Assembly (NCBI GenBank): GCA_951406725.2
Contig: OX597819.1
Coordinates: forward strand, 36,828,001 to 36,892,000
Origin: Octopus vulgaris
Lineage: Eukaryota
DNA length: 64,000 bases
Direction of reading: 5' to 3'
The translations under genes were made by a program, and so were the position numbers. Below the pieces are notes generated by a model. That model saw only the letters and a list, made by a program, of their open reading frames with translations, made no database searches and had not been told where the DNA came from. Of this stretch, positions 27,940 through 41,662 are shown piece after piece; the first letter of the stretch is position 1, and each line of letters starts with the position of its first letter.

Positions 27940-28317
27940 TTTACTCTTTTACTCTTTTACTTGTTTCAGTCATGTGACCGTGGCCATGCTGGAGCACCGC
28001 CTTTAGTCGAGAAAATCGACCCCAGGGCTTATTCTCTGTAAGCCTAGTGCTTATTCTATCGGTCTCTTTTGCCGAACCGCTAATTTACGGGGACGTAAAC
28101 ACACCAGTATCGGTTGTCAAGCGATGTTGGGGGGTGGGGGACACACAAACATACACACACACGCACATAGTTTCTGTCTACCAAATCCACTCACAAGGCT
28201 TTGGTCGGCCCGAGGCTATAGTAGCAGACAATTGCCCAAGGTGCCACGCAGTGGGACTGAACCCGGAACCATGTGGTTGGTAAGCAAGCTACTTACCACA
28301 CAATCACTCCTACGCCT
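27940..28317 (-). mobile_element. Full-length SINE family A (tRNA head, CORE-like domain, (AGTAAAAG)n-like tail)
   Basis: Minus strand: AGGCGTAGGAGTGATTGTGTGGTAAGTAGCTT...GGGTTCAGTCCCACTGCGTGGCACCTTGGGCAA. Inserted in the Gypsy pol. Confidence 0.9.
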
Positions 28318-29587
28318 ATATTCAATTTATGGAACTATTCAATTTATGGAATAAGCCCATAAGTGTTTTGCGTAGAAATATAGTCACCTCAGTCGTTGGT
28401 TCAAACGCGGCTGAAGGACCGAAACAAAAAATCGCAGTAAAAGAAAGGGTAACACATATTTATATCAAAACGAAATGTACCATTCGCGAAAAAATAGCCC
28501 ACGATAAAAAGTAAATATTTTTCAAAAGTAGATGTTCCGTGGTCAGACAACACATCAGTATAGCTGGTCCTTTAAATGGTTCTTACTACTTAGTGGTAGT
28601 TGATAGTTTTTAAAAATGGTCTGAAATTTGCAAGTGTAAAAAAAACCATCCTCCTCAACTGTTGTAAACTTTTTATACGAATTGTTGGCAAGATTTGACA
28701 CCCCAAACAAAACAGTGTCTGACAATAAAACGAAATTTGTGTCTAGCGACTTTTTAAAAACATATAACTACGGCGCCATACCATCCCAGATCTAATGGAC
28801 AAGCAGAGTGCTTTGTTGTCACCTTCAAAAGAGCCCTTAGAAAATCCAATAAGGAAAGCCCGGATGTGGTAGCTCTATAACAATATTTAAGAGTATATCG
28901 TATTACACCAAATCCGAATACACCAACAGGTAGCTCACCTGCGGAGCTGATGTTTACAAAGAAATCAAAGTCAATCTATGATAAAATTGCTACCTAGCAA
29001 GAAAAGAAATAGTGCCAGGGAAGACAGCAAGATTTATTAAGGTTGATGATAAGGTGTATATGAGGACATAGAAAAAAGGAAAGCAGAACTGGGATGAAAG
29101 TAAAGGCCGATACAGCTTGGTACCAGTGACGTTGCAACTCATTCTACAGCTGAGTGAACTGGAGCAGCGTGAAATAAAGTGTCTTGCTCAAGGTATGTAC
29201 ATATGTATGCGTGCATATATTTATCTATGTATGCATGTAAACATCTATGTATGTGTGTGTATGTATGTATGTATGCCATTATTCAGTTTTATTTTAAGCT
29301 ATCTTGCCAATAGAGAAAGAGCCGGTTTCTAACCTAGATCCAAGGTTCCTTCATTGGGATTTTAACAGCATCAACAGAATATTTTTGTATGCTTGTCTCT
29401 TTTATTTTCTAATTATTATACATCTTCCACTGAGGAGGGAGCCGGTATTCTCATATATGAATGTATTCTCAAATATGTATACTCAGCTATACTTAAATGA
29501 TAAACCTCTGGAAAGTTTCACAGATTTTTACAGTTCCAGTGATGGCTTGGGTGTGTAGTCTTCGTATCAGCTTTCTCTGTATGTATG

Positions 29588-29615
<28 letters not shown>

Positions 29616-29618
<3 letters not shown>

Positions 29619-29810
29619 TTTGACGTGTGTGGGCTGTGAAAGGGCTTGCAAATCTATCTCGGATCTCGCAATTCACAGGGATCATATCTCACAAAATGAA
29701 ACAATCAATCCAGTGAAAATTACAGCTTCCGCCTTGCACCCATGCTTCAAATCTTGCACATCCGCAGCGGGACTGAATATTCATCTGGAAGGTCATGGAC
29801 AGGATGTTAG
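29616..29810 (+). pseudogene. C2H2-like zinc-finger remnant typical of RTE LINE C-termini
   Basis: CVGCERACKSISDLAIHRDH and a second PCFKSCTSAAGLNIHLEGH. Confidence 0.55.
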
Positions 29811-29903
29811 AAATGCTATTGACAACGAGGAAGCAAGCTCAGAGAGATGGCAATAGTCTGCGAAGTTGGAGCAATCATTATGTGTATTTGCATGTATATA
29901 GAC

Positions 29904-29934
<31 letters not shown>

Positions 29935-29979
29935 TGTATGTATGTATGTATGTATGTATTATGTATGTATGTATGTATG

Positions 29980-30021
<42 letters not shown>

Positions 30022-30037
30022 AGTATATATATTTATA

Positions 30038-30103
<66 letters not shown>

Positions 30104-30285
30104 AAGAAGAAGAAGAAGAAGAAGAAGAAGAAGAAGAAGAAGAAGAAGAAGCAACAAACGAATATTAGACAAATAGAGGATTATTTATGTTACAATTTAG
30201 AACAAACAGTTAAAAGATTGTCATTAAATAATAAGGCACTAAAAGAGAATGCCTCGCCCCAGACAATAATATATATATATATGTG

Positions 30286-30366
<81 letters not shown>

Positions 30367-30368
<2 letters not shown>

Positions 30369-31301
30369 AGCAAGTTCAAGAGACCATTGATTACAGTCCC
30401 AGAAAGTTCATGACCTCAATTGCAAAATTCTCCATGTGTCAGAAGGAACAGTCAGAAATGTTGTCCACGAAGACATCAGATATAAGTCTTATATGATAAG
30501 GAAGGGTCAATTTGTCAGAAAAAGCGAAAGAAAATCAATTCACTACATCAGATCTAAAAGGCTCTTGAACAAACTGAAAAATCCAGCAGAAGATTGAATT
30601 TGTTTTTTCTCAAATGAGAAAAACTTCGACCAGAGTCAAAAAAGTTAACAGAAGAAATGACAGATGATTATTAGCGGACTCTTTTGAAGTTCCAAGAGTT
30701 ATGCATGCAAAATTTCCTGCAACTTCCATAGTTTAGGAGTTGTCAGCAATGAAGGACATATGATGCCTCCTTACTTCTTTCTATAAGGCCTTAGTGTTAA
30801 CTCTGCCACCTATATTGAGGTCCTGGAAATGATTTTTAAGCCTTGGATAGACAGTGTATGCAATGGAAGGTCATATGGGTTTCAGTAAGTCTCTGCACTA
30901 TCACACATGGCTCTAGTAACACAGGAATGGGTGGCTGAAAATTGTCATGATCACACGATCCCTAACATTTGGCCTCCTAATCCCAAGATCTGAATCCATT
31001 GGACTATTACATGTGGAGCGTTGTTAAGAGAGAGGTCAATGAACACGCCCATAACACCAAAGCTGCCATGGTGAGAGTAATGTCTAAAATGAACCAGGAC
31101 CACTTCATTCGAGCATATCGATGATTTAATCTCATATAGAAGCAGTTGTTGAAGCTGAAGGTGGCTTTATTGAATACCATTATAGAAAAGGTTTATGTTA
31201 TCATCATAGCATTTTTTGATAAATAAAGTTATCTCTTACTATATTTCTGAGTTTTTTTTTATATAAACAAAAATCTGTCCTCAAATATCTTACGCAACTT
31301 A
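30367..31301 (+). mobile_element. maT/DD37D-like Tc1-mariner transposase fossil (3' two-thirds)
   Basis: FFSNEKNFDQ..KVNRRNDR, KFPA, GVVSNEGHMMPPYFF, KPWIDSVCNGRSY, WPPN..DLNPLDYYMW. Frameshifts and stops. Confidence 0.85.
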
Positions 31302-31308
31302 TACAGTA

Positions 31309-31606
31309 TGTTGTCAGTAGGTGGAGCGAACCCTTACCACCTACTAGCTGGTTAGAAGATCACGAGTCTGGCACTACTGAGTTTATTGCTTTGTATGCTT
31401 ACTACTCTATCTCCTCTAGCTATTTTGCTTGTTGCAAATCAGTGACCAATGGTCATTTTGTTTACTATATACTGTTAACATTAGCGGACCCTGGCTATCA
31501 CACTGGCATTCAGATGCTCGCAACTGAGGACGGGCCAAATAGCTCGAAACAAGCGCAATCCTGTTACCTGCTAAAGAGTGGTAAGTGTTCGTTCCTCCTG
31601 CTAACA
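31309..31606. mobile_element. Possible solo LTR
   Basis: TGTTGTCAG...CTGCTAACA termini and a minus-strand AATAAA at ~31382. No convincing TSD. Confidence 0.3.
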
Positions 31607-31779
31607 ATATATTGTATATAAAAGGTACAGGGTCACACCGATAACCAGCTGGCGGACAATCCACCTGTGGTTAAATTAGTAGTAACATTCACCAGGCACT
31701 TTAATGTGGCGAATGATTTACTATTTTGTATAGTTACTACGCTATCTGTTCTTGAGATTTTACTACTACCTATTTTGCC

Positions 31780-31899
<120 letters not shown>

Positions 31900-31991
31900 T
31901 ATAGTTGGAATTTACAGAAAAGCAAAAGACGGAGATAGGTGTATAAACAACAAACAGTTGTATTAGCCTCACGCTAGGGAAGGTGAGAAAG

Positions 31992-32029
31992 TCTTTTACG
32001 TTTCGAGCCTACGCTCTTCAACAGAAAGA
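31992..32029 (-). ncRNA. Minimal type I hammerhead ribozyme
   Basis: tcttt-CTGTTGA-a-gagc(gtag)gctc-GAAA-c-GTA-aaaga. Perfect stems I and II, palindromic ACGT stem III. Lies in a short element (~31903-32035) between TA arrays. Confidence 0.75.
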
Positions 32030-32619
32030 AACATGATATATATATCTAAATACACACACACACACATACATAGATTACTTATAAAAATAACGTGTTTGGG
32101 GTATATTGCAATTCCAGTTGCTCTCAGTGCAGCTTATAGCCAGCTTTGACAATTTATCAACATGTTTGTTGTGAAATATTACTTCATTTCACTTCCTGTG
32201 CTTCCACTTGTCTATCTCTTACACACACGAGCGCATATACATACATACATACATACATACATACATACATACATACATACATACATACATACATACATAC
32301 ATTCATAAATATATACATACATACATACATACATACATACATACATACATACATACATACATAAATACATACATACATACATACATACATTCATAAATAC
32401 ATACATACACACATAAATACATACACACATACATACATACATTCATAAATACATACATACATTCATAAATACGTACATACATACACACATAAATACATAC
32501 ATACATATATACATACGTAAGTGAAGCCCTTAGAGTTCCAAGATGCAGCCGTAAATGTAGATTGTGTCATATTTATGTGGAAGACATCACATGTTTATTT
32601 GCAGCTACTCAAAGATGTT

Positions 32620-32708
<89 letters not shown>

Positions 32709-32720
32709 ATGTATATGATT

Positions 32721-32916
32721 GACTCTCTCGACGAAGACGTATGAATGTTCAGCTTTTGCTGACCAACACAAATGATTTCTTTACAGTGATCAAATGCTCG
32801 TGCCGCATATTCGCTCACTCTCTCCATCAAATCGATGTTGCCTCAACAGGCACGTGGTGTACCACGTGTCGGATGTCGAAGTGATCGCGGGGCAACGTGG
32901 GAGGAAGCGTTTTGCT
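32721..32916 (-). mobile_element. Dispersed SINE-like 3' fragment (related diverged copy on + at ~38580-38740)
   Basis: Reverse complement of 32760-32880 aligns by eye with TTCGACATC...TTTGATGGAGGGAGTGAGC...ATCACT..AAACAAATCAT.TGTGT at 38592-38706. Confidence 0.55.
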
Positions 32917-32967
32917 ATATATATGTATATATATATGTATATATATATGTATATATATATGTATATA

Positions 32968-33057
<90 letters not shown>

Positions 33058-33720
33058 GACCAGGTAGTACGTTGCGTTCTTGAGCCTGAGCAAAAGACTT
33101 TATCTCATGTTAATCTATGATTCCTTCATACACACACACATACACACACACACATATATATATATATATTTTTGTATGTTTGTATGTATGTATGTAATTC
33201 AAACGTGTACAATTATAGTCATGCATATACCTATAAACATTAGTTGTTTATTTGCATATATATATGTGTATATATATATATGCCATATCTATTTTTCTAT
33301 ATATGCTTGTCTATGCTCATATTTGTTTTATTTGTGCACGTATGGATGGATGCCTGACGCTGTATCAGTGTCTATTCATTCTGGAATTCAATCAATTCAG
33401 ACCAGAAGAGATAAGAACCTACGCCAAGCTATAATCCATTCGTATTATTCCAATTTGGCGCAGTTAGCTCTGATAATATACAAGAGAGCTAGGATGTAGA
33501 ATAATGTTGGTAGCTAATAATACAGACAACACTAACGCACGCCCGTACACACGCATACATACTTACATACATACGTACATACATACATGTGTGCATATAT
33601 GTCTATATATATATACACAGACACACATCCCCCCTCTCTCTCTCTGTACATATACATACATGCATACATACATACATACATACATACATACATACATACA
33701 TACATACATACATACATACA

Positions 33721-33811
<91 letters not shown>

Positions 33812-34127
33812 AAATATGTATGAAAATCCTCAAAAAGACAGTTTCGATATTTTCGTAACCATATGCGATAAATGTTTGTGAAATTACGAACCGTAAGGAA
33901 CTACTCAATATTTTAAATTCCATTCTACGTAGATATCTATGTCGTTGCCAACAGGCTTATTAAACGTAACATATCCAGCATGTTTGTAAAGCTTAAAAGG
34001 TAATATACCAATGAATAAAAAAGTAGAAGAGAGACGATATGCCGTAACAGAGTAAGCTAATCTGTTTAATACACACTGGCTCATTTTAATGCACCTTTTT
34101 ACAGCTGTACTCTTTAGGGCAGTAATC

Positions 34128-34565
34128 GGATTATTTCGGCTTGAACGACAGTTTTTTCTAGCAGTGTCATATGAAATTGTCATCCATAATTATGACCCTA
34201 GGATCGATCTATTGCATTTCAATCTGTTTTAGGGTTGTGATTAGTTAGTGTTAAGGTTAGGGTTAGGGGTGAGGGGAAGGGTATCTTTTTTTCTTCAGAA
34301 ATGTAAATAAACCCAATCTGTTTCTTAAACGAGGGACATATTCATACGGCACATAATGTTTTTTACCTCAATAGACGTGAGTGATTGGTTGAAATTGCTG
34401 AAATTGAAAAACAAACAACAAATATCTTACAAACTATAGAATTTTCTCAATAAAGCCAAGAGAAAAAGATGCTTTATAAACACATTCTACCAGTATACGA
34501 AGTTTAAAAGTGTTTAGTTACGTGGAAATTATTTTTAAAAACTGCCGTTCAAACCGAAATGATCC
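34128..34565 (+). mobile_element. Merlin-like MITE copy 4
   Basis: Diverged left TIR GGATTATTTCGGCTTGAACGACAG and conserved right TIR. Degenerate TSD CAGTAATC / CAGAGTAATAC. Confidence 0.85.
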
Positions 34566-37099
34566 CAGAGTAATACTTTCAGCGAATCTGTAGAGAATTT
34601 TTGAGTTGCTCAAATATTATATTCCACCTGTTAATATTACTTTATTTCTGTCTGTTTAGTCTAAATATAATAGAACAAATTCCATTTATATTTGCTTAAA
34701 TAATTTTACTGAATAATTCAACAAATGCGTAAGAGTTTGTAAATATACATAAAACATACCTTTTAAAACAGATACTGTATTGACATTTGTATCATGGGGA
34801 GTTTTCAGTATTCGTTATTCTATTCTGTCCGTGGATTTGTAATTTTCTCTTGAAATAACAAGAGAATACAATTACAGGTTTTATTCTTTTCCTCGCATTA
34901 TATCAATTCTAGTTTCTGTGCCAAATTCATTTGCTTTTAGTAAAGTGTATTTTTATTTAGATTTGACTCTTTATATACAAGCTGAATACGACTTCAACAA
35001 GATTAAAAACTGCCATCGAAATATTAAAATAGTTGTTTATAAAATTATAAAGAGATTGCTAAGAGAGATGCAAAGGACATTCGCATAAATATATTTAATC
35101 AGTAGGACACTTTCCAAATAGCTTTAATATCATTATGGACGTAATCAACAGAATTTATCCATCGAATTCTTTTATCAGAAAGTACAGCTGAAAATTATAT
35201 AATTTTTTTCTTTTTTTTATAATGTATATGACTGTACCTGTGTATATTCATATGTGTGTGAGTATGTGTGTGTATATTTATGTCTTTATTCACGCGCTTC
35301 TCTGTGTAATATAATTATCAACCATACGAAGAGAATATATTTTCATACGTATGCAATCCTTTGTTCGTTTATGTGAATAAACGTATTTACACATGGATGC
35401 ATATAGGTGTTTGTGTGTCAGTTTCTGTGTCTGTATTCGTGTATGTATGTACATAAGCTCATAAATAAATGCGTGTGAAAAAACAAAAAGCAATCTGCTT
35501 TTGCACAACGTGTGTGTGCGTGTACATAAATGTGTGTGTGTGTGTATGTGCGTGTGTGTTTCTACTTGTGTATGTATGTAAATTCTTCTTGTATATTTAC
35601 ACGTGTGTATTGGTATGTACGAGTGTGCATATGTGTTTATTGTGTAAGAGAGGGAGAGAGAGTTTTTATATGCATGTGTTTGCATAATGTGAACATCACT
35701 GTATGTGTGATGTGTATGTAAAAGAAAATTATAATAATAATAAAATAATAAATAATAAATAAAACCATTAGAGTAACAGAAAGCCTTCACTTCAGAAAGA
35801 TGAAGGAATGCAAATAGTTATCGTTAGAAATATCGCCTATCTTAAAGTGAGATCACAATGAGAAAAAACAAAAAGAGAGAATGTAAAATGACATTTTACA
35901 ACGAAATTAGATCATTGAATAAGCAAACCTTTTGTATCTTCGTCATGAAATGTCCACGTTACCATACATTCTAAAGTAAACCATCATACCAAACTCGATA
36001 TACAATCTTCTGTGGGCATTCCACTAAACAACATCCAAATTCTTGCTGAATAGGAAAAAAAGTTTTCATAGCAGCTGGCTTTTATAGTTACTATTAACTA
36101 TTTATTTGCTTCAGCTTCATTTAATTTTAGCTTTGCGAAACAAAACGCACGCTTAGATGTCAACAATTGCTTTATATTTTTTTCAAAGAAGTTGTTATTA
36201 TATTATATATTATATAAACGACGTCATTATCTAAGTGACTCTCTGCACAGTGAAAGCTGATTGAGTTGGTAATGTGGTAGAGAATATGTGGATCGGTGGC
36301 CTGTTCGTATAACACAGTCGTTATTTTGTAATTTTCTAACTGCAAGCTGCCTCATATTCCGGAGCGGTGGTAAAGGGTTCTCCATCAGTCTCGAGGAAGA
36401 GCATTAAGTTATTCCTGTAATGTGATGAATATCAATGACAAGTTAAGGTATAATTGTTCCATGGACAAATGTACTTTTAATGAAATTCTTTGGTTGAATC
36501 ATGACACAATATAATAATGATGTCCTTTAGAAAAAACAAAAAAAAAACTGATGAAACAGTTCTTTGACATCTGAGCGTTCGCTTTATTTTATGGAGCTAA
36601 AATTAAATGAATTTCAAGTACAGTCATGAGATAGGAAACCACCCCAGTCCTGGCATTTTATTTATTGACCTCGTTAAAAGCTTGTATTGAAAATGCTCAG
36701 TGGCGCCTGATGATAAATGTTATGATGTTGGTTGTAATGACAAACCTCAGTGATGATTTAAATAACACAGCTCAGTAGTGATCGTAAAAACATAATTCAG
36801 TGTTAGTTGGAATGACACAGTTCAGTAGTAGTAACAGTAGTTATACTGACGCAGCTCAGTGGAAGTTTCAATGACAGCCTAGTACTATTTAAAATGATGC
36901 AGATCAGTAGATTTGAATATGATAATGAAATAAGATAGTATATTTCAAAGATGACTGCTTCATGAAAGTCTTCTCGTACACTTTCATGAAGCAGTCTTCT
37001 AAATAATCTCGTTGATGTTTCAAACATTCTAAATGATATTGTCGAGCAGTTTACAGATATAAAGCTATTTCATTGGCGTGTCACTAAATTACGTATGTC

Positions 37100-37403
37100 T
37101 AAAAAGTGTGTCACTAACCTCTGAGGCACAAGTCTGGGCAAGGTTGTTTTATGGAAGACCAGCAGTCGCCCAAGCATACCGGCCTCCCCTCTCCACGTCA
37201 CTGATGTTGTCCAAGGGAAACGCAAGGGCCGATACAGCTTGGCACCTGTGACGTCGCAACTCATTTCTACAGCTGAGTGTACTGGAGCAACGGGAAATAA
37301 AGTGTCTTGCTCAAGAACACAACACGCAGCCCGGTCCGGGATTCGAGCTCACAACCTCACGATCGTAAGCTCGACGCTCTAACCATTGAGCCACGTACCT
37401 TCA
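37100..37403 (-). mobile_element. Full-length tRNA-derived SINE (family C)
   Basis: Minus strand: TGAAGGTACGTGGCTCAATGGTTAGAGCGTC...GCTCGAATCCCGGACCGGG...CTTGAGCAAGACACTTTATTT. Confidence 0.88.
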
Positions 37404-37431
37404 CATACACACACACACATATATATATATA

Positions 37432-38290
37432 TATAAATCCAGCTGTTAGACATATATGTCCTTCTAAATCTGATCTTGATAAAATTAGTAAATTTATATT
37501 AGATAAATGTATACCGAAATATTGGAATATAATATAGCTAAATTATAGGTCCAGTTCATATAAAGTGATTAACTGATATACGCAAATACAAAATAAGGAT
37601 AAAAGTAAATTTATCCAGATAAATATTTTAAATTACTATTCTTCTATAAACCCAACACTACTTAATAAGTCGCTGATATTTGCAAAGAAAGATTCGGAAA
37701 TATCTAGGGATGGAATCGACGTTATTTTGACGGCTAGAAAATCTATCATGAAATATTGGATTAGAAAGGATAGACCGGATATATTTGACATCACTATGAG
37801 TTCTACGGATTCGGCGCAGGTTACTGATTTAGTGGGAATTTATATATTGCTTTCTGTAATTAAGGAATTCTCTAAAATAGCAGGAGGTTTATATTGAGAT
37901 GATGCGCTTTTTACAATTGTAAGCACATCTAGTAGAATGTTAGAAAAATATAGAAAGAAAATTTAAAGTTTTTGTTTTTAAATATATAAGTTTCTTTTTA
38001 AATATATAACGATAGGAGATGAACATGGCTCTGTTAATTTCTTTGATGGTACGTTGGAGATTAAAAAAGGAATTTATAAACCCTTTCATAAACCTAATGA
38101 AATCACAAAATACATAAATATTGGAAGTAATCATCACAAATAAGCAACAAACTCACTGATAAAGAAGATTTTGACTAGAATAACTAAATTATCAGCCATT
38201 GTGAATATCTTCAAACTTAATAGAGATTACTATAACTTGGCACTTAGAAAAGTGGGATATAAGGACAAAATTAAGCTTAATAAGTCAAAT
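37432..38290 (+). pseudogene. Penelope-like element reverse transcriptase remnant
   Basis: SKSDLDKISKFILD, KSKFIQ..YYSSIN, FDITMSSTDSAQVTDLVGIYIL, GGLY*DDAL, FFDGTL...YKPFHKPNEITKYINIGSNH. Multiple stops. Confidence 0.82.
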
Positions 38291-38794
38291 AACAAATCTG
38301 ATTTAAATAGTAATTTTAATACTGCAGATCTAAAATCTAGTACTATAAACAAATCTACTTATAAGAAGGTAGTAATGGGGATTTAAAATCACATATAGAA
38401 GTCAATAAAATAACAAGAGTAGGTGATTGTAATAGAGAAAATAATCAAATAAACAATTAAAATTCAAACAAAGAAAATATCGTAGGATCGTTGTTAACTG
38501 GGTTAAAAAATTCTAGTACTGCTAATAGAAATGAGGATGTAGTATTCTCTAATAAAATTCTAAATTATTTTAATAGTTGCTCTGTGATCATTTCGACATC
38601 TGCTATATGGCACACATTTGCACCTGTACACATAATGTAAATTTGATGGAGGGAGTGAGCATATGTCTACACAAACAGTTCATCACTACAAACAAATCAT
38701 CTGTGTAATTGTTCGTTAAGAAATCGTCGATCCCTCATACGTCATGTGTGTGTGTGTGTGTGTGTGTTGGTGTGTGTGTATGTATGTATGTATG

Positions 38795-40355
<1,561 letters not shown>

Positions 40356-40481
40356 ATGATCAATTACAAGGAATGTTACATGAGTGCCTAAAACATTAGT
40401 AATCACACTTGTGTGCGTGTTAATTCCGAGAAGAAAGACGTGTTTAGGGGAACATAAGAATAATGGAAAATGTAATCAAAC

Positions 40482-41090
40482 ACTCAAGATATTTAAATAA
40501 ATTACATCACCACATCTCCTACATATGTTTTGATTGAAGCATTAAAATATATTCGAGAGGAAGAATAGTGTGGAAAAATGCATCAATCTATTCTTTTTTC
40601 CAAACGCATACTAATCAACACCTATAAAGAAAGTATTAAGGTGTTTACATTGGAAAAAACATACTTTCAACTATTTCAAATAATATCTGCAAGTTAAACT
40701 TTATCTTTTTCATCCCATACATCCTATTCCTTTCTCCGTCTTCTCTATGTATCTGCCATTCACTTTCTATTTGTTTATACCTCCATTCCTTCTTTAATTA
40801 TCTTTCTCTCTTCCTTCACTAGTCCTATGACGTCAAATTTCTTTACAGTATTTTACATTTACTGGCGTTCCCTATCCACCTTTGTTTTCTTTATATATTA
40901 TGTATTGTAGTTCCTTACATTTATAAAAATGTCTTATTGATGAGCACTGTTGTTTATAACCCCCTTCCTGAAGAGATTGATGCATTTTCCCACACTATTC
41001 TTACTCTCGGATTTATTTTAATGCATCAATCGAAACATACGTAGGTGATATGGTTATATAAATTATTTAAATATCATGAGCATTTCTCTC
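40482..41090. mobile_element. Fold-back element with hammerhead (inverted partial copy 40482-40593 of 40968-41085)
   Basis: GATTGAAGCATTAAAAT...GAATAGTGTGGAAAAATGCATCAATC is the diverged reverse complement of the HHR region. Bounded by TA arrays. Confidence 0.75.
40964..41047 (+). ncRNA. Type I hammerhead ribozyme, canonical core
   Basis: CTGAAGA(40968)-gattgatgcatt...aatgcatcaatc-GAAA(41032)-catac-GTA-ggtg. Perfect 12-bp stem II, GUA triplet. Mirror copy has palindromic stem III ACATATGT. Confidence 0.82.
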
Positions 41091-41140
41091 CATATATATA
41101 TATATATATATAGATATATATATATATATTTAAGTATCGC

Positions 41141-41390
41141 TATAAAATATAATTATAATAAAGAGTGCAGAATTAACAACGCCTGCACTCTGGAAATAGA
41201 CTCCAAATGCACTACAAGCCACTGAAGTTATTACTCCGTTACCACAAGGTTGTATGTGAGGAAAGTATTGTGGACAAACCTACATCTTAAGATGGAGTAA
41301 TAACTTAACTGGTTTGTAGTCCATTTGGTGTCTATTTCTAGGATATAAACGTTGTTAATTCAGCGCTCGTTATTATAATTATATTCTATA
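41141..41390. repeat. Fold-back element (~100-bp inverted arms)
   Basis: 41141-41238 is inverted to 41293-41390. The loop carries a minus-strand CTTAAGA-like remnant. Confidence 0.7.
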
Positions 41391-41504
41391 ATTGTACTTA
41401 AATATAAATTAACCAATATCGCCTTGTTAGTACACTGGCCACCGATAGATCATTTAATAATGACTTTATCCTAATTACGTATACACATATACATACATAC
41501 ATAC

Positions 41505-41538
<34 letters not shown>

Positions 41539-41662
41539 GGTATTACGAGAATTTATGGCAAGGTATCCCATAGAACTCAACAAATTTGTTAAAAAAGGAA
41601 AAGCGAAGATGTTAAAATTTGAAAGAATTCTAATACATATATATAGTTGATATATATATATA

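Larger units (their letters stand above)
25188..29100 (+). mobile_element. Mag-type Ty3/Gypsy LTR retrotransposon fossil, RT/RNase H deleted, no 3' LTR found
   Basis: LTR and PBS; Q-rich gag from 25551; KTRLILRKLAAAEHERYRNYVLP; CCHC knuckles ~26790-26890; protease FDSG ~27703; integrase IAGPLNGSYYLVVVDSF, TTAPYHPRSNGQAE and YRITPNP...SPAELMF (28560-28960). Confidence 0.9.
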
